A stretch of 63,945 nt of DNA, filler included, from Parasitella parasitica NRRL 2501 (Eukaryota > Fungi > Mucoromycota): NCBI GenBank assembly GCA_025201805.1. It is 8 parts of 7 records of this genome, joined end to end, with 100 filler letters (N's around TTAATTAATTAA, not from the genome) between each part and the next. Parts side by side here need not be neighbours in the genome. Positions count along the whole stretch, not along the records: positions 1 to 9,984 come from MU619440.1; positions 10,085 to 27,272 come from MU619469.1; 6 more parts are not named here. One strand, given 5' to 3'. Of the stretch, positions 1-11,540 are shown piece after piece. The notes beneath the pieces are model-generated. The model searched no databases and had not been told where the DNA came from. It worked only from the letters and a program-made list of their open reading frames with translations. Position 1 is the stretch's first letter, and each line of letters begins with the position of its first letter. Made by a program: the position numbers and the translations under genes.

Positions 1-197
1 CTTTAAGCGTGAAAAAGGGTTATATCTTTGTTTGGTAGCACATACTTCATCCCAAAATGAAGATATGTAGTAAAAATGGTTTTTGAGTCCGTATTATGCA
101 GTATCCCGGCTATCGATTTATATTGAGACATACGCAAGTTAACTATTAGAATCTTGCTTTGCTCTCTATTTAAAAATAGGCGTTGCACTCATTTACC

Positions 198-228
<31 letters not shown>

Positions 229-2243
229 TGTAGATTGAATCTCAGCATTGTGTGTTCATTTGGCTCAAACCAAATTTGAGCTTTTTTTTGGATAGTTCAT
301 TGCTACATATCTCAAGAACGTAATAGGTATATCGGATATGCGTGCTAAGTGTTTTATAGCGTAAATTAAATTCTGCATCCAACCATATAAATTTCAAGGC
401 TATAGAAACACCTTTTTTTATTTCCAATTATCAATTATTTGAAAAACGCCATTTTTGATACTTTATGAGTAAAATCGAACATATTTTGAGCACTCCTAGC
501 TCTATAAACTTGACCACAAGGATCATCATGTTAATNNNNNNNNNNNNNNNNNNNNNNNNNNNNNNNNNNNNNNNNNNNNNNNNNNNNNNNNNNNNNNNNN
601 NNNNNNNNNNNNNNNNNNNNNNNNNNNNNNNNNNNNNNNNNNNNNNNNNNNNNNNNNNNNNNNNNNNNNNNNNNNNNNNNNNNNNNNNNNNNNNNNNNNN
701 NNNNNNNNNNNNNNNNNNNNNNNNNNNNNNNNNNNNNNNNNNNNNNNNNNNNNNNNNNNNNNNNNNNNNNNNNNNNNNNNNNNNNNNNNNNNNNNNNNNN
801 NNNNNNNNNNNNNNNNNNNNNNNNNNNNNNNNNNNNNNNNNNNNNNNNNNNNNNNNNNNNNNNNNNNNNNNNNNNNNNNNNNNNNNNNNNNNNNNNNNNN
901 NNNNNNNNNNNNNNNNNNNNNNNNNNNNNNNNNNNNNNNNNNNNNNNNNNNNNNNNNNNNNNNNNNNNNNNNNNNNNNNNNNNNNNNNNNNNNNNNNNNN
1001 NNNNNNNNNNNNNNNNNNNNNNNNNNNNNNNNNNNNNNNNNNNNNNNNNNNNNNNNNNNNNNNNNNNNNNNNNNNNNNNNNNNNNNNNNNNNNNNNNNNN
1101 NNNNNNNNNNNNNNNNNNNNNNNNNNNNNNNNNNNNNNNNNNNNNNNNNNNNNNNNNNNNNNNNNNNNNNNNNNNNNNNNNNNNNNNNNNNNNNNNNNNN
1201 NNNNNNNNNNNNNNNNNNNNNNNNNNNNNNNNNNNNNNNNNNNNNNNNNNNNNNNNNNNNNNNNNNNNNNNNNNNNNNNNNNNNNNNNNNNNNNNNNNNN
1301 NNNNNNNNNNNNNNNNNNNNNNNNNNNNNNNNNNNNNNNNNNNNNNNNNNNNNNNNNNNNNNNNNNNNNNNNNNNNNNNNNNNNNNNNNNNNNNNNNNNN
1401 NNNNNNNNNNNNNNNNNNNNNNNNNNNNNNNNNNNNNNNNNNNNNNNNNNNNNNNNNNNNNNNNNNNNNNNNNNNNNNNNNNNNNNNNNNNNNNNNNNNN
1501 NNNNNNNNNNNNNNNNNNNNNNNNNNNNNNNNNNNTTTTACAACATCTTGGCTATTGATTTATATTAAGACATAACCAGATTGTTTATGGAGTTCATACT
1601 TTGCTCCTCAATTGAAATAGTGATGCTTCATTGCCAAAGGCCTTTATATAAAACATTAAATTTAAGCTCAGAAGTATGCTGTTTCCGTTGCAACTTGCGT
1701 ACATCCTAAATTTTCATTGCTTAATATTTCGAAAAATAATAAATATAATATTGCATATGGTTGCTAAATGTTTTTTGTCAGCATTTAAATTCTGCATCAA
1801 ACCATATTAATCAAAGTATGCTCTAAAAACATCTTTTCATATTCCAAAAGGCTTTGCTCTTGCAATTTTTGACGTTTTTGTTTCGCAACAAAAACACCTT
1901 ATTATTTGAGCATACAAACGCATGCAGTCAACCAAACAATCCATCCCATTAATATATTATATCCATAGTTTTACTATTTGCCGTCATAATCTTTGAAATC
2001 TCGTGTTGACTGAAATAAATCCCCTCTGGTTTTTTTTTCTATGATTGTAGGGGGTGGAATAGGTAGTCAACTTAATTATGGAATTTTTCAATGTTTTTTA
2101 ATGCAAGGGTGGAATGGATATACATTTCGAAAGAAAAGCATCATGTTTATTGTCATCATTGATGCAGTGCATTTTATTTTTCTTCAGGTAGAGTGCAGCT
2201 AGAGTATGCACTGCAACAACTAATGTGGCACAACACGTTGTTA

Positions 2244-2452
2244 TTTCAAAAGTCTGATAACATAAATCTGCCAAAGAATCCCACTTTTATTCATAATACA
2301 TCTCTCAATGTATTATATACACATTCATTACACTAGGGTTTTACTGTCTAGCTGCATAATGTAAATCAAGACTACTACCCATGATTTACTGTAAGACCCT
2401 GGGACTAATCTGAGATCCTGATGTGAGACCTTGCCATGTTATTGATATAACA
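2244..2452 (-). repeat. 3' LTR of the Gypsy element
   Basis: Direct repeat of 8361-8572; begins TGTTATATCAAT on minus; PPT at 2453-2460. Confidence 0.9.
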
Positions 2453-2781
2453 CCACCCCACACAAACATAAGCATTATGTGATAAAAGTAAACGTAGTTC
2501 CCGAAGTCGTAGACCGTTGTAGTAGTTGTAGCTGTGTATAGTTGTAGTAGGCCGACATAACAAAAAAAGAAAAAAAAGAAAAGGTAGATTTATCCAAGAG
2601 CATTGCACGAGGGTGCTTAATCTTGCTTCTTCATAAATTGGATAGATCACTCTAGTATAAATGCTGGTATTTGTACATGAACCGTATTCTCGACAGGTAA
2701 CCATTAAAAACCTCTAGACATCCAAAAAACCCAGTGGGAAAAGTGATGACCATCAGGAAAAGGCATGACCTTACCAAACAC

Positions 2782-4612
2782 TTAAAATTCATTTTGTGCT
2801 AATGATTTCGCTTGTTCACGCTTGTTCTTGGACTTCGTTTCTCGAGAGGCAATCTTTCTTGTACTGATTGACTTTGGGCCTTTCTTACCCTTTTCATTTA
2901 CTCCAACTCTTGCCCAATATTCCTTAATAATAGCAGGGTCGTCAAACATTGATGCAGGATCCCAAGAGTTCCAATCATCATTGAAATCTTTCCATTTCAC
3001 CAAGTATTCATAGTTGGGAGGATCACCTCTATGATTGATGATTGCTTGTTCCACATACACATCTGAATTATCATCTTCTTTACCATTATTGGTGCTAATC
3101 AACTTGATTTGCTGTGTGGGTACGTCTCGTGCCAAGAATAGTTGGTTCTATCAGTGAGAATATAGGATCCATTTTTTGTGACGCCATGCACATAGAAGGG
3201 TCCCTCATAATTGGGATCAGTCTTCCGCTTCTTATCCTCTATATTCGTGATCATCAATGTAGATCCAATAGGAAAGGGTTTTTCTAGAATTCTACGTCTT
3301 TCTCTAAAGTACTCGCTATCTTTATCTTGCGTCTTTTGTATCTGTTCTCTGATCGCAGGGACAATAATTCTATCAATTTGATCCAGCCTCTTCTGTAGAG
3401 CGTCAACATCAATTTCTCTTTCATGCAGTACGGACTTATCGCCACGATAATCCTCGAATCCATTGGGCAATCTATTAAACATGACTACAAATGACGCCAT
3501 GCCGTGCAGTCTAGATCTATAAAGATTTAGGCTTAAGACAGTGCCATCTACATACAAATCCCAATCTTCGTTGCGTCCTTCCAACATCCTTATGATGACT
3601 GTTTTACCGCAGATTCACAACAAGAGTTTCCTTGTGGGCTGTAAGGTAAACTTGCCCTGTTTTCCACACCAGCATGCTGTAGTATCTTTTCTAACAGCTT
3701 GTTGTGGAACTCTGCCCCTCGATCATGACCAACCACTCGGGGATATCGGAAAAATGAAAAGGTCGATACTAATTCCTTTGTGACAGTAGCAGCGGAATTG
3801 TCAGCAATAGCACGCAATACAACAAACCTTGAGAACAGATCAAGCATCACCAAAATAAAGCTATTTCCTCTTGGATTAGTGCAATCCAAACTACCCAGAT
3901 CAAACACAACATGATCCATTACTCCTGCAGGCGTTTCCTGCTTTGGTGGGTGGTAAACATGCTTACCTAGGTTGAAATTTCTGAATTTGGGGCAATTAGC
4001 GATATATTTAGTGATATTGTCTCGCAAACCCTTCCAATGCATATTCAAATCCTGATGGATAACTTGTTCCATCGCATGTATACCATAATGGCCAAGCAAG
4101 TGAGACTTTTCTAGTGCTTTCTGCTTTTCTTCTTCACTAGCTGGCGATTCATAAATATCAAGATGACTAACACAAAAGTATAGGTCTTCATTCTTGTCTT
4201 TGGGTTTATTTACATAAGCCTTCAGTTTAGAATCATTAAACAGACGAAAAGTTTTCTGCGGGATGATCACTTTTGTTGATACCGGGAGAGCCCGAGAGTT
4301 ACACACAGACACTTGTTTACTTTTGTGTATATCTTTCTTAACAAGCTTTTTTTTCCCTTTTAATCTCTTTTTCTTCTTTGTTACCACATCTTTGTCTAAT
4401 TGTTCTTTGCTCTTTCTTTTACTACTTTTCTTTTGCTCAACAACATCCTTTTTGTCCATTTTCAAACGCTTGTCACCATTCTCCACCAGCGTGTTGTATG
4501 GCCAGAAAAAACGCGACAATGTATCAGCCAACAAGATATAGTTAATAATACCACTGCAAAAGGTAATATCGAAATCCATTCCGAAAATAGTATTATAGTA
4601 ATTCTCAACCAT
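2782..4612 (-). pseudogene. Gypsy integrase plus C-terminal chromodomain (frameshifted)
   Basis: Zinc-finger remnant (SHLLGHYG...NCPK), core (FDL...DLFSRF, HDRGAEF, PQGNSCCE), GPY/F motif YEGPFYV, chromodomain IINHRG...YEYLVKWKDF...NSWDP. Confidence 0.93.
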
Positions 4613-4630
4613 TTTATCTAATTTAGGTTC

Positions 4631-6238
4631 CTAATGCAAGAATAAAATACCACAATTATCGACAAATAAATGAAAGAAGTGGCGTCCATACAACCATTGA
4701 TGGAACTTTTTAAATGCATAGACTATAGCAGCAAGTTTGCGCTTGGAGCTGCCCCATTGTTGCTCTGATGGACTTAAACTGCGTGCAATAAAGCCAAGAT
4801 ATTGGACCTTTTTACCAATGACTTGGTACATCGCAGCGCCGATTGCATAAGCAGAGCTCTCTGTAACAACACAGATCGGATAACGTAAGTCAGGTACACT
4901 CAATACAGCTGAGCTTACTAATAATTCCTACAACTGTTTCATGAAAGCAGTGTCCTCTGGTTTCCATACTTTGGTAATGTCATGTGCATTACGCGGCTTA
5001 TCTGGCAGTACTGTCAACACTGACAAGTGGGGTAAATTTGACCTGAAGAAATTTATCAACCCGAGACGTGAACTCAATTCACGACTACTCTTGACAGTAA
5101 ATTGCCAATCTAATACATTTGAAACCTTGCGTGGATCCAAAGCTAATCCTTCACTAGATAGGCAAAACCCTAAAATGTATATGCTTTTTTGGGCAATATG
5201 CATTTTATCCGTATTTATACGTAAGTTAGCCTTTGTTAAACGTGCAACGACCTCTTTAACAATCTCTGTATGCTTTTGTAGATCGTTTTCTGTATGTATC
5301 GTGACATCATCAATAAAGTGTGTACAATGTGCACTTTGATCAGCAAACAAATTAGAAAGTATTTTCTGGGCGTGCGAAGAGACCATAGTCAATCCGAATG
5401 GGCAGTGAGAGAAGGACCAAGTCAATCCTTGCATATCTGTAAACGTAAGATAAGGACGTGAGTGCTTCGCAATTTTAAAAGCGTGGAAACATTGCGATCA
5501 GTCGACCACAGTGTAGAGAGAGTGCTTCGGCATCTTGCGATGCAGATCACTGATCAAAGGAAGTGGGAATTGTTCGAGTTTCTCGAGATCCAATGCATTA
5601 TTGATCAACCGGCAGTCAATTACGACACGATGTTCTTTTCCAGTGTATTCACCCTTGATTTATCAGAATGAGAAATTATTCAAATAAAACGGTTGTGAAT
5701 TAATCAGGTAAAGATCTCGTTTATTACATGGAAAAAATGATGGTTTATATACTAGTGAATCTAAGTGGACTGATGGGAGGATAAGATACAAGTGTGAGAC
5801 ATGGTGTGATTTAGAGAATGGAACGATAGATCGTATCTATTATCCATGAACATGTCATGTTGAGTTATAAATAAGGAACATGATCCATTGGGATATGTTC
5901 CTGAATTGTGTTCAGGATTGAGTTTACTTGAGTTTGACTTCCGGTTGGGAAATTGACACCTCAACCCTCACTTTTTTCTTACGCATGGTAAAAATTGGTG
6001 AATTATTAGGCGTATTTGGTTTAGCTCTCTTAATGACACTATTGTCTCGCCATTTTACAATTTGTTTCTGAATTACAGGCCTTAATGCCTCTGCAATTGG
6101 AAATTGCCGGCGACATCTATTTGCAAGTGGAGTGCCTTTTTTGATAGGCAATGTAATTTCACTACCAGGGATGTTACAATATGCCTTTGCGCTAATACTA
6201 GCATTGGCATCAATAAACGACTGCAATTCTGCCATCAT
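4631..6238 (-). pseudogene. Gypsy reverse transcriptase-RNase H, split by a nested solo LTR
   Basis: NSPIF, CPFGL, FIDD, YILGF (RT); TESSAYAIGA, LFVDN (RNase H). Confidence 0.93.
5656..5963 (+). mobile_element. Solo LTR of a second family nested in the Gypsy RT
   Basis: TG...CA termini; 5-bp TSD ACCCT at 5651-5655 and 5964-5968; TATAAATA inside; near-identical copy at 24588-24897. Confidence 0.9.
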
Positions 6239-6322
6239 TGCTGCACATTCTTCTTGAGATCCATATGGATTACCATTTGGCTTATAAGGATTAGACTCGA
6301 TCTTGGGGATTTCATATCCAAG

Positions 6323-7916
6323 TCAATTTGACCAGTCTGCCGCTATATTTTCCAAAGTAATACCAACTATGTAAAGCAAATCCATACCAAATACACAATA
6401 AACGTTGTCAAATAGATTAAAAACTTTAAACTTAGAATAGACAATTTTTGAGTCATAGCTAGTCTTAAGCTCTTCCTCAGTTTGTCCTTGTCTATCAACT
6501 ACGCTGTTATTTTGTGCTAACTTTATGATGCCATTTTTATTAACGACTTTCAAGTTTAAAAAGGCAACTAGCTGTGGGGAAATAGCACTAAACGTGCACC
6601 CAGTGTCTAACAAGAACCATGTGTTAACTTTAACACCGTTTTGCGACACTAGAATAACAGGTAGGAAAAGAAGGCCATTAGTGTTCATATTTTTACTAGG
6701 CATCTGCCTAAAATATTCACTATCATGCTGCTTACATTCGCTATCAATGTCCATGTCATTGCTAACAGGCTTCTTCTCTCCAATGGTAGCAACAGCAAAC
6801 GCCTGGTTGCTCTCATCGCTAGATGAAGAGGAAGAAGATGCCTCTGAATCAGTGGAGGCAGCGGTAGCAGGTCTGGGCACTATGTGCTTGCTTTTCTTTT
6901 GTGTAGGCTTTTTCTTGTTAGACGGATTGTTTTTGCACACAGCCTTATGTGCATAGGTCAAAGGTTTATACCCACAATCAAAGCATTTCAAAAATTCACC
7001 GTTACAACTTCGTTGGTCACGGTTATTCCTTCCGTGGTGCTTTCCAGCACGGCGAGTTTTCTTCATCACTTTATTACCCGCATCACGGTAGTTGGCTTTA
7101 TGGTTGCTCTGGCCATTGTAGTTTTGTCGGCGAGTCTGTTGCTTGACCTCCCTAGCAACCAAGGCCGCAATCTTTCTTTGCTTGCGTCGCTTTTCGCCAA
7201 CATAGTGTGGGTCGTTTATAACCAAATTGTAAACGCTACGAAATCTCCCAATTGCGTACTCCAGTGTCCTTTTTATCATCCCTCGATTGAGTAATATGCA
7301 GAGAGACAATTGCATCAATGTCTGACTCAAGACCACGCAAGAGATACTCGACCAAAGCAGCTGATTCCTTCACACCAGAGAGGTGCATCAATCTATTGAA
7401 CTTGTCAATGTAAGGCTCCAAGTTCCTGCAGTTGTCCAACTTGAGCTTTTTCAGGCTTGAGATAGCATCTCGCTTTTGTTGTTCGGCCGAAATATTATAT
7501 TTGGCCTTCAACTTCTCAGTGAAGTTGTCCCAATTCAAATGAGGTTCATCTTGTGGTACAAGTTGACAAGTCCAACCAGCCATGCCCGTAGACATCTGGG
7601 GCTTAATAATCAGGTGGTACCAGTGTTTATTCAAGTCCAACTGATACTGTTCCAGAACATTTTTAAAATTGAGGAGACAGTCCTCAAGAGTACGATGAAC
7701 CAAAAGTTAATTATCCATCTTATGTCCCTTCCATTGGATTAATGGGAGGTTGGGAGGAACCACAAAGGCGTTGCCAGTATCACTAGTCTTGTTAGTACGA
7801 ACAGAAGCAGAATCCTTAAACAAGAGATCATAGTTTGCTTGACCCTCTTTCAACAGCTTCCTAAGAGTTTTGCTTTTTTCTTGGAGAGCATCGTTAAGAG
7901 GATGCTGCATTGCCAA
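6323..7916 (-). pseudogene. Gypsy gag and aspartic protease (frameshifted)
   Basis: Retrotrans_gag-like WDNFTEKLKAKY...YIDKF; Cys/His knuckle CFDC...HKAVC; protease LLDTGCT. Confidence 0.88.
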
Positions 7917-8360
7917 TTTCGCAGCTCTGCACAGCTTAGACTAGAGATTAGCTACCTCTTGCAAGAGCTCCTCTTAGAGTTTCTTGCTTAAGGGTATGAA
8001 ATAATTATCATCGTTGAGATCTACTTCATTACTATCGGTCATGATAGTATCATGATCGGAAAGAGCGTCTTCGCCCAATAATTCCCGGTCAATTTCTGCT
8101 AATTCTTCACGCAGAGCGATTACATCGCTCGATGCAATTTGATTAATAGTTGCCTGCCTGGAGACAGAGCAACAACTTAGACATCAGCCACAGATCTCGT
8201 AGAGTTGGAACTCTGACGACGAGATCCCGCAGGACGACTTGCCATTTCAACATAAGTGGCCTTGCTGTTAATTTCGTTGTTGCTGATGTTTGAATACATT
8301 GTTATTGATTTGTTTAAAATGTTAAGTGTAAAAATTTTAAGGCGATTTAAAATAGTGATA

Positions 8361-8572
8361 TGTCAAAAGTCTGATAACATAAATCTGCCAAAGAATTACA
8401 TTTTTATTCATAATAATACATTTCTCGATGTATTATATACACATTCATTACACTAGGGTTCTACTGTCTAGCTGTATAATGTAAATCATGACTACCCACC
8501 ATAATTTACTCTAAGACCCTGGGACTGATCTGAGATCCTGATGTGAGACTTTGCCATGTTATTGATATAAGA
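8361..8572 (-). repeat. 5' LTR of the Gypsy element
   Basis: Direct repeat of 2244-2452 with multiple substitutions and indels. Confidence 0.9.
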
Positions 8573-8640
8573 TATGGAACAAAAAAGCATTATTAGTTTG
8601 TTGTAAACCAGCTCTAAGTTTCAATGTAAGCACTGGCATG

Positions 8641-8735
8641 CACCATGGCTAACTTCAGTGCTATTTTTTTTCACATTTATCATCAGTTCTAATGACTAGT
8701 GATTAGGTGTATTACTGGATGACTGGTGATAAACC
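8641..8735 (+). mobile_element. CACCATGGC-type DNA transposon terminus (probably CMC/EnSpm-like); element extends rightward toward the gap at 9985
   Basis: Exact reverse complement of 44559-44653; the same 5' CACCATGGC also occurs at 57010 and 60423. Confidence 0.75.
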
Positions 8736-11540
8736 ATTTTATCACTAGTGATGCTTTTATCACAAAGACTAAATTCATGACCAGTGATAAATACGATAAT
8801 CGCTTGCGATTAGCAATTAGCAGCATTGATAAATCAATCACTGGTAAAACATCAGTAATTTTGCCTATATATCAATCACTACGGGATGATTCGTAATCAA
8901 AAAAAAAATATACTGCTGATACTGTTCATCTACTGAACCATTGATAGACATTTTTTATTGCAAAATTAGCCATAACACTGCATGTATAGGGCTAGAGTTT
9001 TTGCTTTACAATTACAATTTTATTTAAAAATGAATATATATTTTCAACTAAAGATATTATTGAGATTCATAGAAACATATATGTTAGATGGAAGATGATT
9101 TATATAAACAACAAGAACAATTTATGAAAAAGAAAATATTAAGACAGTATAGAAAGACATAAAAGAGAGAGAAGCATCATCATTTCTAACTTTGATACAG
9201 TATTCAGAAAGCAAAATTTAGCCTCGATTATATTATTAAAAAAAAATGAAAGCGGCTTACCATCATTAAAAGTATACAAATTAGCAAAATCTACAATGGA
9301 AATAGCACATTTTGAATAAAAACGGCGGAACATGTCATGATATGATAAACCAGATTTGATGTCAGTGAAGAGAAGTGTAGATATTTAAAGAGGAAAAAAA
9401 AAAAGGAAAAACAAAGTGTGCAGTATTTATAGACTCGTGCTAATCTCAAAAGCAAAATCTAAGATGCTCATTTGTTTCCAGTGATAGCTTTGAGTAAGCT
9501 GTGATAAAGCGATCACTTTTTTAATTTTCAGTGATTGTCTTGAATGCCTGGTGATGAATTAAGCACTTTTGCAACATGGCTATTTAAAAAATATTGACTA
9601 GATTGTTAATGGTGCTAAAAAGTGCCTTTCAAAAATTATACCTTCTTGGACCATTCATACGTCCATAGCATGTAGCCATTATATTTTATATATCTTTGGA
9701 CTAACATTTATTGTCTATAAAATATATTGAAAAGAAAGAGAGAATTAAAAAACATGCCGAAAGTTTTTGTGCTTGTGAATTGTACTTGATATGCTCTGCT
9801 GTTTTGTTACCTATATTGTGTATTTCAGCATTTGCGTGAAGAAATAAAAGATTCTTGAGAAAAAATATGGCTATGTGCATTCAAAATCAAGAAATATTTA
9901 TTAGGACAAATGTTAATATGTTGTATGTACAAAAGACCTGTAACTCAATATCTTTTGTCAAAATGCGTTAAAACGATTTCTTTANNNNNNNNNNNNNNNN
10001 NNNNNNNNNNNNNNNNNNNNNNNNNNNNTTAATTAATTAANNNNNNNNNNNNNNNNNNNNNNNNNNNNNNNNNNNNNNNNNNNNTTGCTTTTGTTTTGTT
10101 CATTTTAGGGCACATATTGTTGATTTTTGCTTTTAGTAGAGAAAAGACGGCTTGAATACAATTTTTCATCAAAATTTTGGCCTAAACCCAAAATTTTATA
10201 AATTGCAACATTTCATACCATTTTGTTATAATATCCTACTTTCTTTAAATGGCAATGTTACATTTTTTTACAAAAATGGCATGATTTTTACAAAAATATT
10301 GTAAAAATTTCAAATATATATAACCTAGCAAGGTCTCTATTCATACTATCCTATTATACTGCTTATAAATTTATGGGCGCCTATTTTTCAATTGGGAAGC
10401 AAGGCATGAAGCTCATAAGTAAGAGATGATTGTATTGATTTGAATCAATAGGCAAGGTGCTGTCAAATATGACCTCAAAAGTAGTTTCTGTATAGCTTTA
10501 TATTTTAGTTAAAATCAAGGCTACACAATCTAGGCCATTGTCTTTTTCCCTGCTTAAAGGCATAACTTGTAATTTCTAATATCTTTGTAGCCTATTAAGC
10601 GGTGAAGACATAAGCTTCATTTAAAACCTTCCTCTTTTCCCATTGTTTGGACCCCAAAGTTTGTAATGGATTTTCAGTTTTCAATTTTGGGACAACCTTC
10701 AGGGTCATTTCTCTTGTTTCATAGCTGGTCTTCGATGCAGCGCGAATTGACAAAGGTACCATGAAAACCATAAAAGAAGCATCGACGTCTGTTTGTTGGG
10801 ATAATGGCAATGGCTTGCCATATTTTCCTCACTTGTTATGTCAGGAGCAACAAAAGAAAAACTCCCAAAGACGATTAGCTGATACCATCAAGCCTTATGC
10901 TCTTCTATCACTAAACCTTCCCACTCTCTCTACCAATTTCTAAACATTATACATTATAACACTACTATATAAAAATGCCTTTTACAGGGGTAACCACGAA
11001 AAGGTGGATACCAGGTATTCCCAACCCTAAGGTCCCAAATTTAAAACTTTATCAAGTTCCCACTAAAGAACGAAGACCTGGCAGAGGAAAACGCAACGTT
11101 CAGGTAGTACAATGCCGCGACATTCAAATTTCCTACAAGCTTAATGCTTATGCTCCCGGTGAAGCACAATATCGCAACATGTAGGTATTACGTGAACTAC
11201 AAGATAGCTCCAGATCCCAACTATTTATCTACACGATATGTCAAAACAAACCTGCACACCCTGAGAAAAGTATCCCTTATAGGGGTACCTTCTTTTCCAA
11301 GTAACATAGCTTGTAAATATCACTACATTGTTTAGTGTATACAAGCTTCAAAGTCTGCGTTTTCAGCGTGGTGTGAAGGCTTGCGTATAGTTTGTACATC
11401 TAGTTTTATCACAAAAATTGAAGAAATCAGAGCTCTTGTGTGCTGTTATGATATATTGTTTATTGTATGAAATAAAAAGAGATCAACGAATGGAGTGATG
11501 TGATATTACTATTATTACTATTACTATTATTACTATATTG

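Larger units (their letters stand above)
2244..8572 (-). mobile_element. Degenerate full-length Ty3/Gypsy chromovirus-type LTR retrotransposon
   Basis: Similar ~210-bp LTRs at 2244-2452 and 8361-8572. Minus-strand order is gag, protease, RT, RNase H, integrase, chromodomain. Purine-rich PPT-like tract (TGGGGTGG on minus) abuts the 3' LTR. Many stops and frameshifts. Confidence 0.95.

Noticed and set aside
465-1568. 367-aa ORF
   Set aside because: Translation through a 1000-N gap.
2239-8577. TSD for the large Gypsy element
   Set aside because: Flanks TGTTA and TATGG do not match; the solo LTR at 54039 also lacks a TSD.
10029-10040. Recurrent TTAATTAATTAA motif embedded in N runs (also about 27317, 42680, 44503, 57631, 60590, 62721)
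   Set aside because: Artificial all-frame stop linker used when joining contigs.
10595-11335. Short ORFs as genes
   Set aside because: No recognisable motifs or consistent splice structure.
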